Positions 37,908-50,470 of a stretch of 64,000 nucleotides of DNA are shown here, one piece after another. A program made the translations under genes and the position numbers. Position 1 is the stretch's first letter, and every line of letters begins with the position of its first letter. This DNA is from Octopus vulgaris. Lineage: Eukaryota. The notes under the pieces are model-generated. The model was not told the origin of the DNA. It made no database searches and worked only from the letters and a program-made list of their open reading frames with translations. The DNA is taken from positions 54,002,001 through 54,066,000 of the forward strand of contig OX597826.1 of assembly GCA_951406725.2 (NCBI GenBank). Direction: 5' to 3'.

Positions 37908-38145
37908 CTTTTCTACTCTGGGCACAAGGTTTGAAATTTTTGGGTAGGGGGGGGGGCAGTCGACTAGATCGACCCCAGTACGTAACTGGTACTAATTTAT
38001 CAACCCAGAAAGAATGAAAGGCAAAGTTGACTTGGCAGAATTTGAACTCAGAACAAAAAGACAGACAAAATACTGCTAAGTATTTCGCCTAGCGTGCTAA
38101 CGTTTCTGCCAGCTTGCCACCTTAATTATAATAATGATGATGATG

Positions 38146-38228
<83 letters not shown>

Positions 38229-38602
38229 CAGCAAAATGTGGAACCTGAAGACTAAAACAATACCTGTTGTCATAGGTGCCCTGGAAATGATAGCAAAAGG
38301 GGCTGATTGCTACCTAACTCAGATACCAGGAAACCCCAAAATGGCAGAAATTCAAAAGATAGTGCTCATGGGAACTGCTCATATCCTACGCAAAATACTT
38401 TCTATGTAATATCAAGTTTTAAAACAAACACATAATTTTCTTATGGTTTCTTAAACATTCTCTAGAATAACACTATGTTCAAAACCAAATATATGGCACC
38501 CTAGGCATAACACCAACATGAACTTCCAACTTGTTGTCTCTTGAGGTCTCTGGGTGAGACTTGGGGGCCAACTTGTACAAATGTAAAGCAAAAGTCAAAC
38601 AA
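38229..38602 (+). mobile_element. 5'-truncated R4/Dong-like 3' end inserted in (TAA)n
   Basis: SKMWNLKTKTIPVVIGALEMI...EIQKIVLMGTAHILRKILSM* followed by a 3' UTR, with TAA runs on both sides. Dong elements are known to target TAA repeats. Confidence 0.8.
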
Positions 38603-38658
<56 letters not shown>

Positions 38659-39064
38659 TAATAATAATAATAATAAAGAACTATTACTACCCATGTATTT
38701 TAATCTAACTTTAAAAAAAAAAAAAAAAAAATGAACGAACTATTGAGTTTAGTTTAATGACCTACCAATGTATATACTATGAGTTTCTTTGCCCTAGGAG
38801 TCGAGAAGACACTTGGCAGGAAATGGAAGCAAATTTGAAAGAAGAAGAAAAAAAAATAATAATAATAATAATAATAATAAAGTAATAATAATAATAATCC
38901 TTTCTTCTAAAGGCACAAGGCCTGAAATTAGGGGAAGGGACTAAGTTGATTAGATTGACCCCAGTGTGTAACTGGTAATTATTTAATTGACCCCGAAAGA
39001 ATGAAAGACAAAGTCAACCTAGGCAGAATTTGAACTCAGAATGTAATGACAGATGAAACACCAC

Positions 39065-39680
39065 TGTAGGGCATCAGGGAAGCCATATTTCATTATCGCA
39101 AGTTAGCACAGCTGTGCTTTGGCAATGGCAACAAATCAGATCTGGTAGTGTATCTATAAAAGCAGCAGTCATCAGCCCAGCAAGGGAGCATGCCTTTTTG
39201 GCAGTCAGGTAGCAGAAGACTTCAATGCCACAACTGTCAGCGAACAGATCTCCATGACCATCAGTGAACAGATCCTATGACCATCAGCAAGCAGAGCTGC
39301 ACAATTGTCAGCAGACAGATCTCCACAACTAATAGTGGACAAATCTTGACATTTCACACCAGCCTTCGTACCACCAGTTACTGCCTGTTCGTTTTTCTTA
39401 CATCCTTAGCACTGAAAACTTCTAACCTACTTGTACAATTGTAAGTTTTCATGGCTTCCCTCAGACTCCTACATATATGCGCTCACTTTACCCAGCACTT
39501 GTTAACAGCCCAAATAAATTACTATGCTTTAAAAATAAATCATGCCTTCTGACATTTATTTCTACATACACTTATTGCCATGTTATATTGGGACATTGTT
39601 ACATTCAAACATGCAACAATCAACTTCGTTACATTAAAAAATTATTACACTTCTAAGCCGTTACATCCAACATTGTAACA
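39065..39680 (+). mobile_element. Solo LTR (Gypsy-like) nested in a family-B SINE
   Basis: TGT...ACA termini and 4-bp TSD ccac (39061-39064, 39681-39684). Contains TATA-like tataaaag at about 39155, aataaa at about 39534 and ~24-bp internal tandem repeats. The SINE sequence resumes seamlessly across the insertion. Confidence 0.75.
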
Positions 39681-39739
39681 CCACTGAGCATTTCATTCAG
39701 CATGCTAACAATTCTTCCAGCACGCCACCTTAATAATAA

Positions 39740-40125
39740 TGATGATGACAGCGATGACGATGATGATGATGATGTTGACGATGGTGACAATGATGATGAT
39801 GATGATGATGATGTTGACGACGGTGACAATGATGATGACGATGATGATGATGATGATGACGGTGACAATGATGATGATGATGATGATGATGACGGTGACA
39901 ATGATGATGACGATGATGATGACGATGATGATGATGATGGTAACAATGATGATGATGATGACAGTAACAATGATGATGATGACGATGATAACAATGATGA
40001 TAATGATGATGATGATGATGACGGTGACAATGATGATGATGATGATGATGATGATGGTGACGGTGACAATGATGAAGATGATGATGATGACGATGATGAT
40101 GATGACGATGACGATGACGATGATG
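39740..40125. repeat. (GAT)n with a recurring gacggtgacaat higher-order unit
   Basis: Directly visible. Confidence 0.9.
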
Positions 40126-40599
40126 GGTGTGATGTCTGAGACAATAAGAAGACTGACTTCATTCACTGAAGTTAGCTATGGATTTCATAATTTTGAATTT
40201 GAATCAAACTAGCATCAAATTTACATTTTGTCTAGGCTGTGCTGATAAAAGAATTATTAGTGATATACTGATGTTGATTTGAGTCAACTTACTACATTCC
40301 AACATTCAGTCTACTAGACCAGTTCTCAGTCGAAAGACAGTAATAATAATGATATAAAAAAAAATAGAGTGGTTGTGTGGTAAGTAGCTTGTCCCCGCAA
40401 CATTGCTTGACAACCGATGCTGGTGTGTTATGTCCCCGTAACTTAGAGGTTCGGTAAAAGAGACTGATACAATAAGTACTAGGCTTACAAAGAATAAGTC
40501 CTGGGGTTGATTTGCTCGACTAAAGGCAGCGCTCCAGCATGGCCGCAGTCAAATGACTGAAACAAGTATAAGAGTATATATATGAAGATATTTATATCT

Positions 40600-41085
40600 G
40601 AGGTTTGAGATTTCAAAAGCTGAAATCTCAAAGAGAATAAAGACAGGATGGAAGGCATTCCACTCTAAAGGATGTGCTCAAAAAAAAAAAAAAAAGACAC
40701 TACCATATGTGTCAGGCTCTTCAATAGCCTTGTCCTACCAGCACTGTTACAAGCAAGTGAGATGTGGGCTATTAAGAAAAGGATAGATTATCAATTGGCT
40801 ATGGCACAAAAAGGCCATGAAAAGATCCATGCTAGGAACATCAGTACAAGATCATATTCAGAATGAGACAATTCAAGAATGGAGTGGTGTGAATGAAGGC
40901 ACAAGTTTTGCAGAACCGGGCAGGTCGCAAGGTTCATATACATCATAGTGAAAGCCACTTAGAAGGCCTCCATGATAATGAGAAAACAATTTAATTAGGC
41001 AATTTGTGACAAGATGAAAAACAATGATGCAATCAAGACAGAATTGGAAATGCATTGTGACCAGCAGTGTATAACAGCATCTGAT
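40600..41085 (+). mobile_element. Degraded RTE-like C-terminal fragment
   Basis: RLFNSLVLPALLQASEMW resembles LFxxxVLPxLxYxxExW. Confidence 0.5.
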
Positions 41086-41585
41086 GGTCTGGTCAATATT
41101 GCGATACTGTGATATATCTTAGGTTTACTAATAAACACTATATTGTGCATAAATATTTATTAATTATTTAATCATGTGCCTACAAATGCAGAATATGCAA
41201 ATTAGTATGTCATCATTATTGTTCTAGCTTTGTGTGTGAATCAAAGACCTATTTTTTATGTTTTCTCAATGGACAGAGCAAAGAGGGAATACTTTTCTTC
41301 TGCTGAGTGGTCAATGAACTGTGGAGTAAGTCAGGACAATCACTTATATTTCTCTGTATACAATGAGAACGAAAAGATGTATTCACATCTGTTCAAAGTT
41401 TCCTTTAAATTTAGCTGGTTTTTATTTTTAATCAATACTATGTTGTACGTAAGTGTTTATTACTAAGCATACATAACAATATATATATGCATATATATAT
41501 ACACACACACACGCACACATATATATATATACTTATATATATACACATATGTATACATGTATATATATAAATATATATATACATG

Positions 41586-41617
<32 letters not shown>

Positions 41618-41660
41618 CACCTATGTATACATGTGTATATATATATCTATATCTATATAT

Positions 41661-41705
<45 letters not shown>

Positions 41706-41944
41706 CACATATGTACATGTGTACATGGCCATAGTCAAATGACTGAAACAAGTAAAAGAGTAAAGAGTATGTCTAACTGTGGAAAATATTACCTTGCTTG
41801 GAAACAGCCGAGGGTGGTGACAGGAAAGGCATCCAGCCGTTTCAAAACATCTGCCTCAACAAACCTCATCTGACTCATTGCAAGCATGGAAAAGTGGACA
41901 TTAAAATAATGATGATGATGATGATGATGATGACTTTCATGGGC

Positions 41945-42300
41945 CACAAAAATTGTTATTATAGACATTTGTATTAAGTGCTCTCATCTCTGGTTGCATT
42001 TCAAAGAATATTAGCTTATCTGAAACTTTGCATGCCACTGATCAGCAGCAGAGAGAGAGAGAGACTTTGCAAACAGGTTACTTCCAAGTGGAAATAGAAC
42101 AGCTTCAGTAGGAAACTGGTCGTTTACCGATGACGATGTGGAGACACCTGATATGATGTGTGTTGAGGGATCAATAGTCAATCACGTATTTAGTAATACA
42201 ACACAGGAAGAGAAGCTATCATATGTTGTTCTCTAACCCCTTAAATGCATATTATCTTGCAATCGACGAAGAAGTAATAACACTCCTTCCAGGTGTAATT
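41945..42300 (+). pseudogene. Degraded Helitron Pif1-like helicase fragment
   Basis: Broken translation CIKCSHLWLHFKEY / ERDFANRLLPSGNRT / DMMCVEGSIVNHVF / LAIDEEVITLLPG resembles Helitron helicase (SxLW..F, F..WLL..GNG, INxxxLxxLPG); stops and frameshifts present. Confidence 0.55.
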
Positions 42301-42484
42301 CTCAAAAATATTTCAGTACAATTAAATGTAACAATGACTGAACTGGAAGGTGAACGGCACTGAACTACTGAACTCATTCACCTTCATTGAAATTTAACCG
42401 AGTGTTCTAAATTTGAAAACTGGGTCAGTTAAGATGCTTTTACATGATTTATCCACTGAACAATGTTTTTTCAATGGAACCATA

Positions 42485-42660
42485 CTCTTTACTCTTTACT
42501 CTTTTACTTGTTTCAGTCATTTGGCTTATTCTTTGTAAGCCTAGTACTTATTCTATCGGTGACTTTTGCTGAACTGCTAAGTTACAGGAACGAGACACAC
42601 CAGCATCGGTCGTCAAGCGATGTTGGGAGGACAAACATAGACACACAAACATATACACAC

Positions 42661-42691
<31 letters not shown>

Positions 42692-42892
42692 TATATGTAT
42701 GTATATATATATACACATATACATACATATATACAATGGGCTTCTTTCAGTTTCCATCTACCAAATCCACTCACAAGGCTTTGGTCGGCCCGAGGCTATA
42801 GTAGAAGTCACTTGCCCAAGGTGCCATGCAGTCGGATTGAACCCAGAACCATGTGGTTCGTAAACAAGCTACTTACCACACAGCCACTCCTA
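42485..42892 (-). mobile_element. SINE family A
   Basis: Reverse complement of family A with a short internal deletion. Confidence 0.9.
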
Positions 42893-44189
42893 CACCATAG
42901 TTAAGATTCCCAATCTGCATCAAATCTGTGTAGATGTTTGGTAATAAGTAGTTCCTTAAACCCATTAACATTCAGATTAATCAGATTAAGTAATGCTTAT
43001 TTGTTCACATTGTTTTAAATTACTCATGCACTATCTCAGATCTATGAGATTTTGATGTGATTGTTTATTTTTAGAATGGCATTATACTGTAAGTCTGAGA
43101 AGCCAGATCAGACCAGTTTGAAAATAAAACAGATATTCAAACATCTGGCTAGATGAGAAATAGGTTGGCAGTATGGGACTACTAAAAGTTTTCTGCTACA
43201 GGAATACAGGAAATGATTCTAGTTTACTTTAGCCATAGGAACTCAGTATGTAGCTTCTGTTTAACCTGAGCGAATTATATTGTCCTTTCCGTAGTAAGAA
43301 ATGTCTTATTGAGACAACAATATTACCATTTCATTGAAGATGGCATGCTGGCAGAATCATTATTAAGTTGCACAAAACACTTATCTGCATTTCTTCTGGC
43401 TCCCTATGTTCTGAGTTCAAATTCTACAGAGGTTGTGGACGTGGGCTGGTTTATATGCTGAATGGTTAAACAGACAATAAGATTCTGCATCTAGAATTTG
43501 AAGGGTTCCAACTGACACAAATTTACTATTTAAAATGGAAAGGATCAAATTTCTACCATGTTTATAATGTTCTATGGCTATAAACAAAACACAAGGTCAG
43601 ACTTCCAATAAAGTATAAATATATTTAGTACAAGGTCAGACCTTTCAATAAAACAGAAATATATTTACCACAGCCAGTGTTCAGCTATGGACAATTACAT
43701 GTCTCTTACATGTCTAAAAAATCATTGGCTACTGGAGTTGAAATAATGCAGACCAACAAGCAAAGAAATCAATGAGGAAAGATATCACATACAGTGTGGT
43801 TATCAACCAAATATTGTATATAGTAAGATCCTAAGCTAAATACTAGAATTTTCTAAATTCTATTTACTAATCTTCAAATATTTTTTTTATTAAATTCACA
43901 ATTTCTGAGATATGCTTAATACCTGTTATATTGTTATTAACATAATATGTTATCTAAATCCTATTTTCCAGTATCGTCAACCCACTGTCTAGCTCATTAT
44001 CATAAAAATCTTCAGCAACTGAAACAATGCTAAGAAGATATATAAATTGATAAAAATTTACGCATCATAATAAAAGTACGAAAAATACTACATATATGAA
44101 ATGTAGAGTTTCAATAGGTCTCACTAGTGAATATGTCTATAATAATTATGAATTTAATAAGTATTAATGATACTGATAAATTTATTTCA

Positions 44190-44763
44190 ATATTCTTTAC
44201 TACTCTAGGCACAAGGCCTGCAATTTTAGGGGAGGTGGCCTGTTGATTGGCTCAACCCCAGTACACAACTGGTACTTACTTTATCAACCCTAAAAGTATG
44301 AAAGGCAAAGTCTTGAACTCAGAACGTAACGGCAGACGAAATACCTATTTCTTTACTACCCACAAGGGGCTAAACACAGAGAGGACAAACAAGGACAGAC
44401 AAACGGATTAAGTCGATTACATCAACCTCAGTGCATAACTGGTACTTAATTTATCGACCCCAGAAGGATGAAAGGCAAAGTCAACCTTGACTGAATTTGA
44501 ACTCAGAATGTAGCGGCAGTCGAAATAACTATTTCTTTACTACCCACAAGGGACTAAACACAGAGGGGAAAAACAAGGACAGACAAATGGATTAAGTCGA
44601 TTATATCGACCCCAGTGCGTAACTAGTACTTATTTAATCGACTCTGAACGGATGAAAGGCAAAATCGACCTTGGCGGAATTTGAACTCAGGACGTAGTGG
44701 CAAACGAAATACTGCTGAGCATTTTGCCCGGCATGCTAACGTTTCTGCCAGCTCATTGCCTTA
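44190..44763 (-). mobile_element. SINE family B, tandem trimer
   Basis: Three bodies, junctions at about 44345 and 44529, one head. Other copies at about 1, 2650, 3842, 15650, 34290, 37370, 37575, 37908, 38898 and 44830. Confidence 0.85.
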
Positions 44764-45064
44764 AATTTATTTCAATATTATAATGATAATGGTGATTATG
44801 AAAACTGATAAGACAAGGAAACAATATTCTTTCTAATTTGTGACACAAGCCCAGTAATTTTGAGGGGAAGGGGAAGTCAATACTATCAACTCCAGTCTTG
44901 AACTGGTATCTATTTTATTGACCCTGGAAGAATGAAAGGCAAAATCAGCCTCAGTAGAATTTGAACTCAGAATATAGAGAACCAGAAGAAATGCTGATAA
45001 GCTTCTCATGTGACTTGCTAATGATTCTGCCAGCTTGCCACCACCTTCAAGGAAACAGTAATAT

Positions 45065-45313
45065 TGTAGTCTCAATTAGAGATTTCTGTGGGATGACGTC
45101 AGCAGCTGGGTGCGTTGACCGAAAGTTGGGGCAACCGGAAGGGGCAGCCGTGATGCGTGCGCAGGGAGCGGGGATTTCGGCTTTTCCAACGAGGGTTGTT
45201 GAGGTGTTAAGACGTGTGAAGACGTTGCTAAGGTTGGGTGAAGCAGCTGCTATCTTTAGCGTTCAGGTCGGGGCTGTGACGAAGGATCCGTTACCACTGA
45301 AGGGTCTCTATCA
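45065..45313. mobile_element. GC/CpG-rich short insert with TG...CA ends, possible young solo LTR
   Basis: tgtagtctc...gggtctctatca with many intact CpGs and a TGACGTCA at 45094-45101. No TSD is visible, and the right flank is a headless SINE. Confidence 0.45.
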
Positions 45314-46165
45314 GAGTGTTTGTGTGTGTGTTTGTCCCCCCAACATCACTTGACAACTGTTGCTGGTGTGTTTACGTCCCTGTAAGTTAGCAGTTCAGCA
45401 AAAGAGAATGATAGAATAGGTACTAGGCTTCCAAAGAATAAGTCCCGGGGTTGATTTGCTCGACTAAAGGCAGTGCTCCAGCATGGCCGCAATCAAATGA
45501 CTGAAACAAGTAAAAGAGTAAAAGAGTAATAAAAAATTTCTTGATTCAAAAACAATAATTCTTCCATTCTTTTGTGTTATTACAATTTCATATCTTTTTA
45601 ATGATAAATATTTATAGAAATTTATCGAAAATATTTCACGAAATTGATAAAGAACAATAAAAAAAATTCAGTCATACTATATTAATATGGTTAGAATATT
45701 TAATGTGAAATCTGTATCTAGTTAATACTAGATATTGCAATGCCATTTGTGAGTTTTAGCCTTAAATAATGGTATACTTCTAGATTCATCCCCCTAAATG
45801 CTCAAAATTAAAATCAAAAATCATGGAGGCACATGGCATAGCAGTCCATTCATGATCATATGAATGCGGTTTTGAATCCTGGACAAAGCAAAAGCATTGT
45901 GTCCTTGAGCAAAACATTTCATGTTGCTCCAGTCCACTCTTCTGATAAAAATTGAGTAATTCTGTGACAGACCAGCATACTGTCCAGGGAGAAGTATACA
46001 CACCAAAGAAACAGAGAAACTGGCTCTATGTTCCTTATAGAATAATGTGGACTAACCTATGCTCAAAATTATTTCAGGGGTTTGTCAACCCTCAGAGGTC
46101 AATATTGACCACTATGCCAACTCCTGAGCGAGACTAACATCTTAAATGGAACATTAACGGCATCA

Positions 46166-46262
46166 AGTCTTGGAGGGCCTACAGAAGACATAAGTACTGC
46201 TCCTTCCTCAACATTGTTAAGGAAGGAGCAGTACTCATGTCCTTTGTAGGCCCTCCAAGACT
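46166..46262. repeat. Near-perfect hairpin with 47-bp arms
   Basis: agtcttggagggcctacagaagacataagtactgctccttcctcaac-att-gttaaggaaggagcagtactcatgtcctttgtaggccctccaagact; 4 non-Watson-Crick positions. Confidence 0.9.
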
Positions 46263-47389
46263 GCAAGGAGCATAGAGCTGGCTTTCTGGTTTCTCTGATG
46301 CATATATTCTTCCCTGGGTGGGATGCCAGTCCATCGCAGGATTATTTATTTTTGCCAGCAGAGTGGACCGGAGCAGAGTGCATTGCCCAGTCCAGAAACC
46401 AAAACCACAATCTTATGCTCATGAGTCCAACACTCTAACCACTAAGCCATGCACCACCTCCACTTTTCTCCACAGGTAGCAAGTAAAAATGCAAAAAAAA
46501 TAAGAAACAGATGCAGTGAAATATCTTCTTTAATGATACAGTACAGCGAATGAATATATTGTGGTTTTGAACACAAACTGTTATGCCTCAGCACAGGAAG
46601 TAAGAAAATGCACAAATAAGAAAAGATTGAAAGCACAAAAATTATCTACATCATTGGAATATCTCTTGGTAAAACACTTGGTTTTGTTTCCAAAACACTA
46701 TATTTATTTTATTCTTCCACACTTTGTGATGAAATAGAAATCAATAGTAAAATTTACATCAGAATAGCAAAGATAAAGAAGTAGGAGGAAGTTTAACAAC
46801 AGACAATTCAACATATCAGTTCATTTCTCAAAACTAATATTGAATGCGTTTTTATACTTCATTACCATCTCATGTATGTACAATTGCAAAATCATTTTTT
46901 TATTGTCTTTCAGTACTATCATACTATTTTTTACAGTTGTTGTTGTTAATATAGTAATAGTAATTATCATCATCATAATCATCATCACTGACACTAGCAT
47001 TATTATTATTAATATTAGTAGTAGTAGTAGTATTATAATATTATTTTTTCTTCTTCTTAGTAGTGTTCCATCATCATGGTAATATGTTATCCAGTGATTT
47101 CTGTTAGGGGTTTTTTTTTAAAAGTTTTTCTTCCTTTTATTTTTAGCTGTTTTAATTTTTTTTTATATTATTATTTTTTTTTTTCACTGCACAATTCTTG
47201 TAGCTATGACAACCAGACACTGCTGCCAGTTAGAAATGTACCAAATAGAAAAGCAGAATGATAAAAAGATGTGACCAAAATTCAGCAATTATTTTAGATA
47301 AAAAGAACAAGACCAGGAGGTGATATTTTGTGCATTACTAACAAGAACGAAAATTAATACCATAACCCCATACCTAATCAGACACACAC

Positions 47390-47620
47390 ACATAAATGCA
47401 TATATATATATATATGCATATATATAAATATATATATATAAATAGATAGATAGATAGATATACATATATATACATGAATATATATGCATGTGTATATATA
47501 TATAGGTAAATGCATATATATATATATATATCATATATATATATATATACATACATATATATATATAGGTAAATCACATATATATATTAATATATATATA
47601 TATATATATAAATATATATC

Positions 47621-47653
<33 letters not shown>

Positions 47654-47668
47654 GGTAAATGCATATAT

Positions 47669-47713
<45 letters not shown>

Positions 47714-47860
47714 ATATATATATGATATATATAAGCATTTACCTATATATATATATATATATATATAGGTAAATGCATATATATATATATATCATATATA
47801 TATATATATATACATACATTCATATATATGTGCATATATATATATATATGCACACATACA
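47390..47860. repeat. TA-rich minisatellite with unit ggtaaatgca(ta)n
   Basis: The unit recurs several times; one copy is inverted at about 47735. Confidence 0.85.
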
Positions 47861-49410
47861 TATAGCAGTGGATTAACAACAGCTCCAAACGCTTCCTAAA
47901 TGCTCTTCCAAACTTAGCTATCCTCAAATAAATAATCAATTTTGCAGTTCCTGTTCTCATTCTTGCAGTTGTTTATTTATAAATTTTTGCCTTTCCTTTT
48001 AGCAAGCATTTTCTAAAATTACACAATGTTTCATTTCTGTAATAAATAATGTTTTCTGAAGTTAAATAATGTTTTCACACACTTCGTTTAAACATTCCTT
48101 CCTTTAGCTACGTAGTAAAAAGAGTCTGCTCATTGTCCGTACTTTATCCAAATTCATATAATTTCTTTAAAAATAAAAACCATGGCATTCTCTTTCTCTC
48201 ATATACTTGCATGTGTATGGCGTTAAGTAGTTAAATACATCTATTCCATTTCTTCCACATTTATTTTGTTTTTTGTTTGACTGACATTAAAAAAAAAATT
48301 GATGAAATTTTCTCTTTTATTTCTTTTCCGTGTGTGCATGTATGCGGATATATGGGTGTATTTAATTTGATTAAATCTATGTGTTTCCAAGCATTGAAAA
48401 TGTCTGGTTTAAAAACTTTTTTTTTTTTTGCCAATTCTTTAAAGAAGAGGAAAAAATAGTTAAGACAGGAACAGGTCTAGATGTGTGGTTAGGAAATTTG
48501 ATTTTGCAACCATGAGGCTCTGGGTTATGTTGTACTATACAGCCCTTGGGAAGTGCTTTCTACCATAGACTCAGGTATAATGGAATTTGATAGATGGAAA
48601 ATGTACAGAAGCAAAATCTGTGTATGTGTGTGTGTATGGCTTAGTGGTTAGGGTGTTGGACTCATGATCGTAAGATTATGGTTTCAATTCCTGGAGCGGG
48701 TGATGTGTTGTGTTCTTGAGCAAAACACTTTGTTTTACATTGATCCAGTCCACTCAGCTGGCAAAAATGAGTAATCCTGACAGACCAGTGTCCCATCAAG
48801 GTGTGGAATATATACCCCATGAAACCAGGAAACCAGCCCATGACATGAGAAGGAAAGTAAGTGTGTTGTGTGTGTGTGTGTGTGTATGTGAAACCATATC
48901 TCTGTTTATATTTACATTACTCTAAAAACTGATGTTCTCTATGTTGTGAATCTTTATTCCTTGCAATTCTTAATGGCTTGTCATATAGGGAGTTTAGGAA
49001 TAAGTATCTCATCCTGTCGTGTGGGAGACCAGAGTTTGATTCTCTGCAAGAAGGTTCATATTTTTATATTTTTAGGTCAGGTGTGGCTGTGTGGTAAGAA
49101 GTTTGCTTCCCAACCACATGGTTCCAGGTTCAGTACCACTGCATGACACAGATGGAAATACTTGGGTTTATAAATGTTTTGCTCATCATTGTTGCTACCA
49201 TGGCTTCATGATCATCATTTCATGTCCATTTATCCATACTGGTATAGACTGGACAAGTCTCACAGCATCTCTCAATTCATGACAAGCCGTCATCAACCAA
49301 CTCACATAACACCATCATCACCATCAACATTTAATGTCCACTTTTCCATGCTAGCATGGGTCAAACAAAAACAAAATTTCTATGGCTGGATGCCCTTCCT
49401 GTTTCTCAAC

Positions 49411-49568
49411 CAGGGACAGACTGAGAGTATTAAGGGCCCTCAGGCATAGCTGTGTACCGGGACCCTTTGAATGTGTGTTTTAGTAGAGTTAAAATGTAGG
49501 GTACGGGCCCCTCAGAGCTCCGGGCTCTCAGGCAGTGCTCAACTGACCAACAGCTCAGTTTGCCCCTG
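49411..49568. mobile_element. hAT-like MITE nested in an RTE-type tail
   Basis: cagggacagactgag...ctcagtttgcccctg, imperfect 8-bp TSD ttctcaac/ttcccaat. Confidence 0.7.
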
Positions 49569-50248
49569 TTCCCAATCCTCATATGTTTCGAAGCAAGGTA
49601 ACGTTTTCCCTTCATCAGACATGTTTTCCACAAAAGATTGGAAATGAACTACTTTGCTTGTATGGAGGTGATGCTCATTTACAACCATCATGTTATGTCT
49701 ACAAAAGGAGGCACACACACACAGACAGACTTGTCTCAGTTTCCATCTACCAAACCCACTCAAAAGTCTGTAGTTGTCCCTGGGTTATAGTAGAGGATAT
49801 TTGCCCAATGTGTCAGGCAGTGGGACTAAATCCAAAAGTATATGATTAGGAAGTAAGCTTCTTAACCTCACAGATTCAACCGAGCCTATATGAATGCCTG
49901 CATCTATATCCAATGGAGAAAAATCAGTCAACTCCGTTGCTGTACATATATTTTTCTTTCCACTTTTTTTTTATGGCATAGTATTTATGTTATGACTGGA
50001 TGCTCTTCCTGTCACCCAATACCATCACACGTTTCAAACTATAACACACTTGGCCTGATGTGAAAAACATCATCATGCCAAACATTTTCAATTTTATGCA
50101 TCATGTATAATATTATCCATGATGTAGACTAGTCATGGTCAAACTGCAGGCCCATGGGACCTTTTGAATGGAATGCCTAACAAAATATTACCTTGAAGGG
50201 AAACACAAAAATGGTAAGTGGTCTATGGTACAAAAAAAATTAATTTAA

Positions 50249-50470
50249 CCCTTCTGTTACTGTATTTATTTTAAGATGTTCTGTGTTTCTTTAAATTAAT
50301 TTCAAATATAACAAAGAATTCAGTAAAATAACTTCATTATCATTAAGTTAGTGTTAAGAACATAGACTGTGACTAAGGTTTCGTGGAAGATTTTAATTCA
50401 GAATTTTTGAAAATAAGACATTTGTACTACAGAGCCAGAGGCAGTTTCAGCCGGGTTGGTATCGGAAGAG
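50249..50470. mobile_element. piggyBac-like MITE, family 1
   Basis: TTAA flanks; colinear with 21928-22143. Confidence 0.8.

Noticed and set aside
39653-40212. Long poly-Asp, poly-Ser and poly-Met ORFs in several frames
   Set aside because: These are translations of a (GAT)n microsatellite, with no splice signals or complex sequence.
41230-41466. Plus-strand 78-aa ORF with nearby gtaagt donors
   Set aside because: No recognisable protein similarity and no partner exons.
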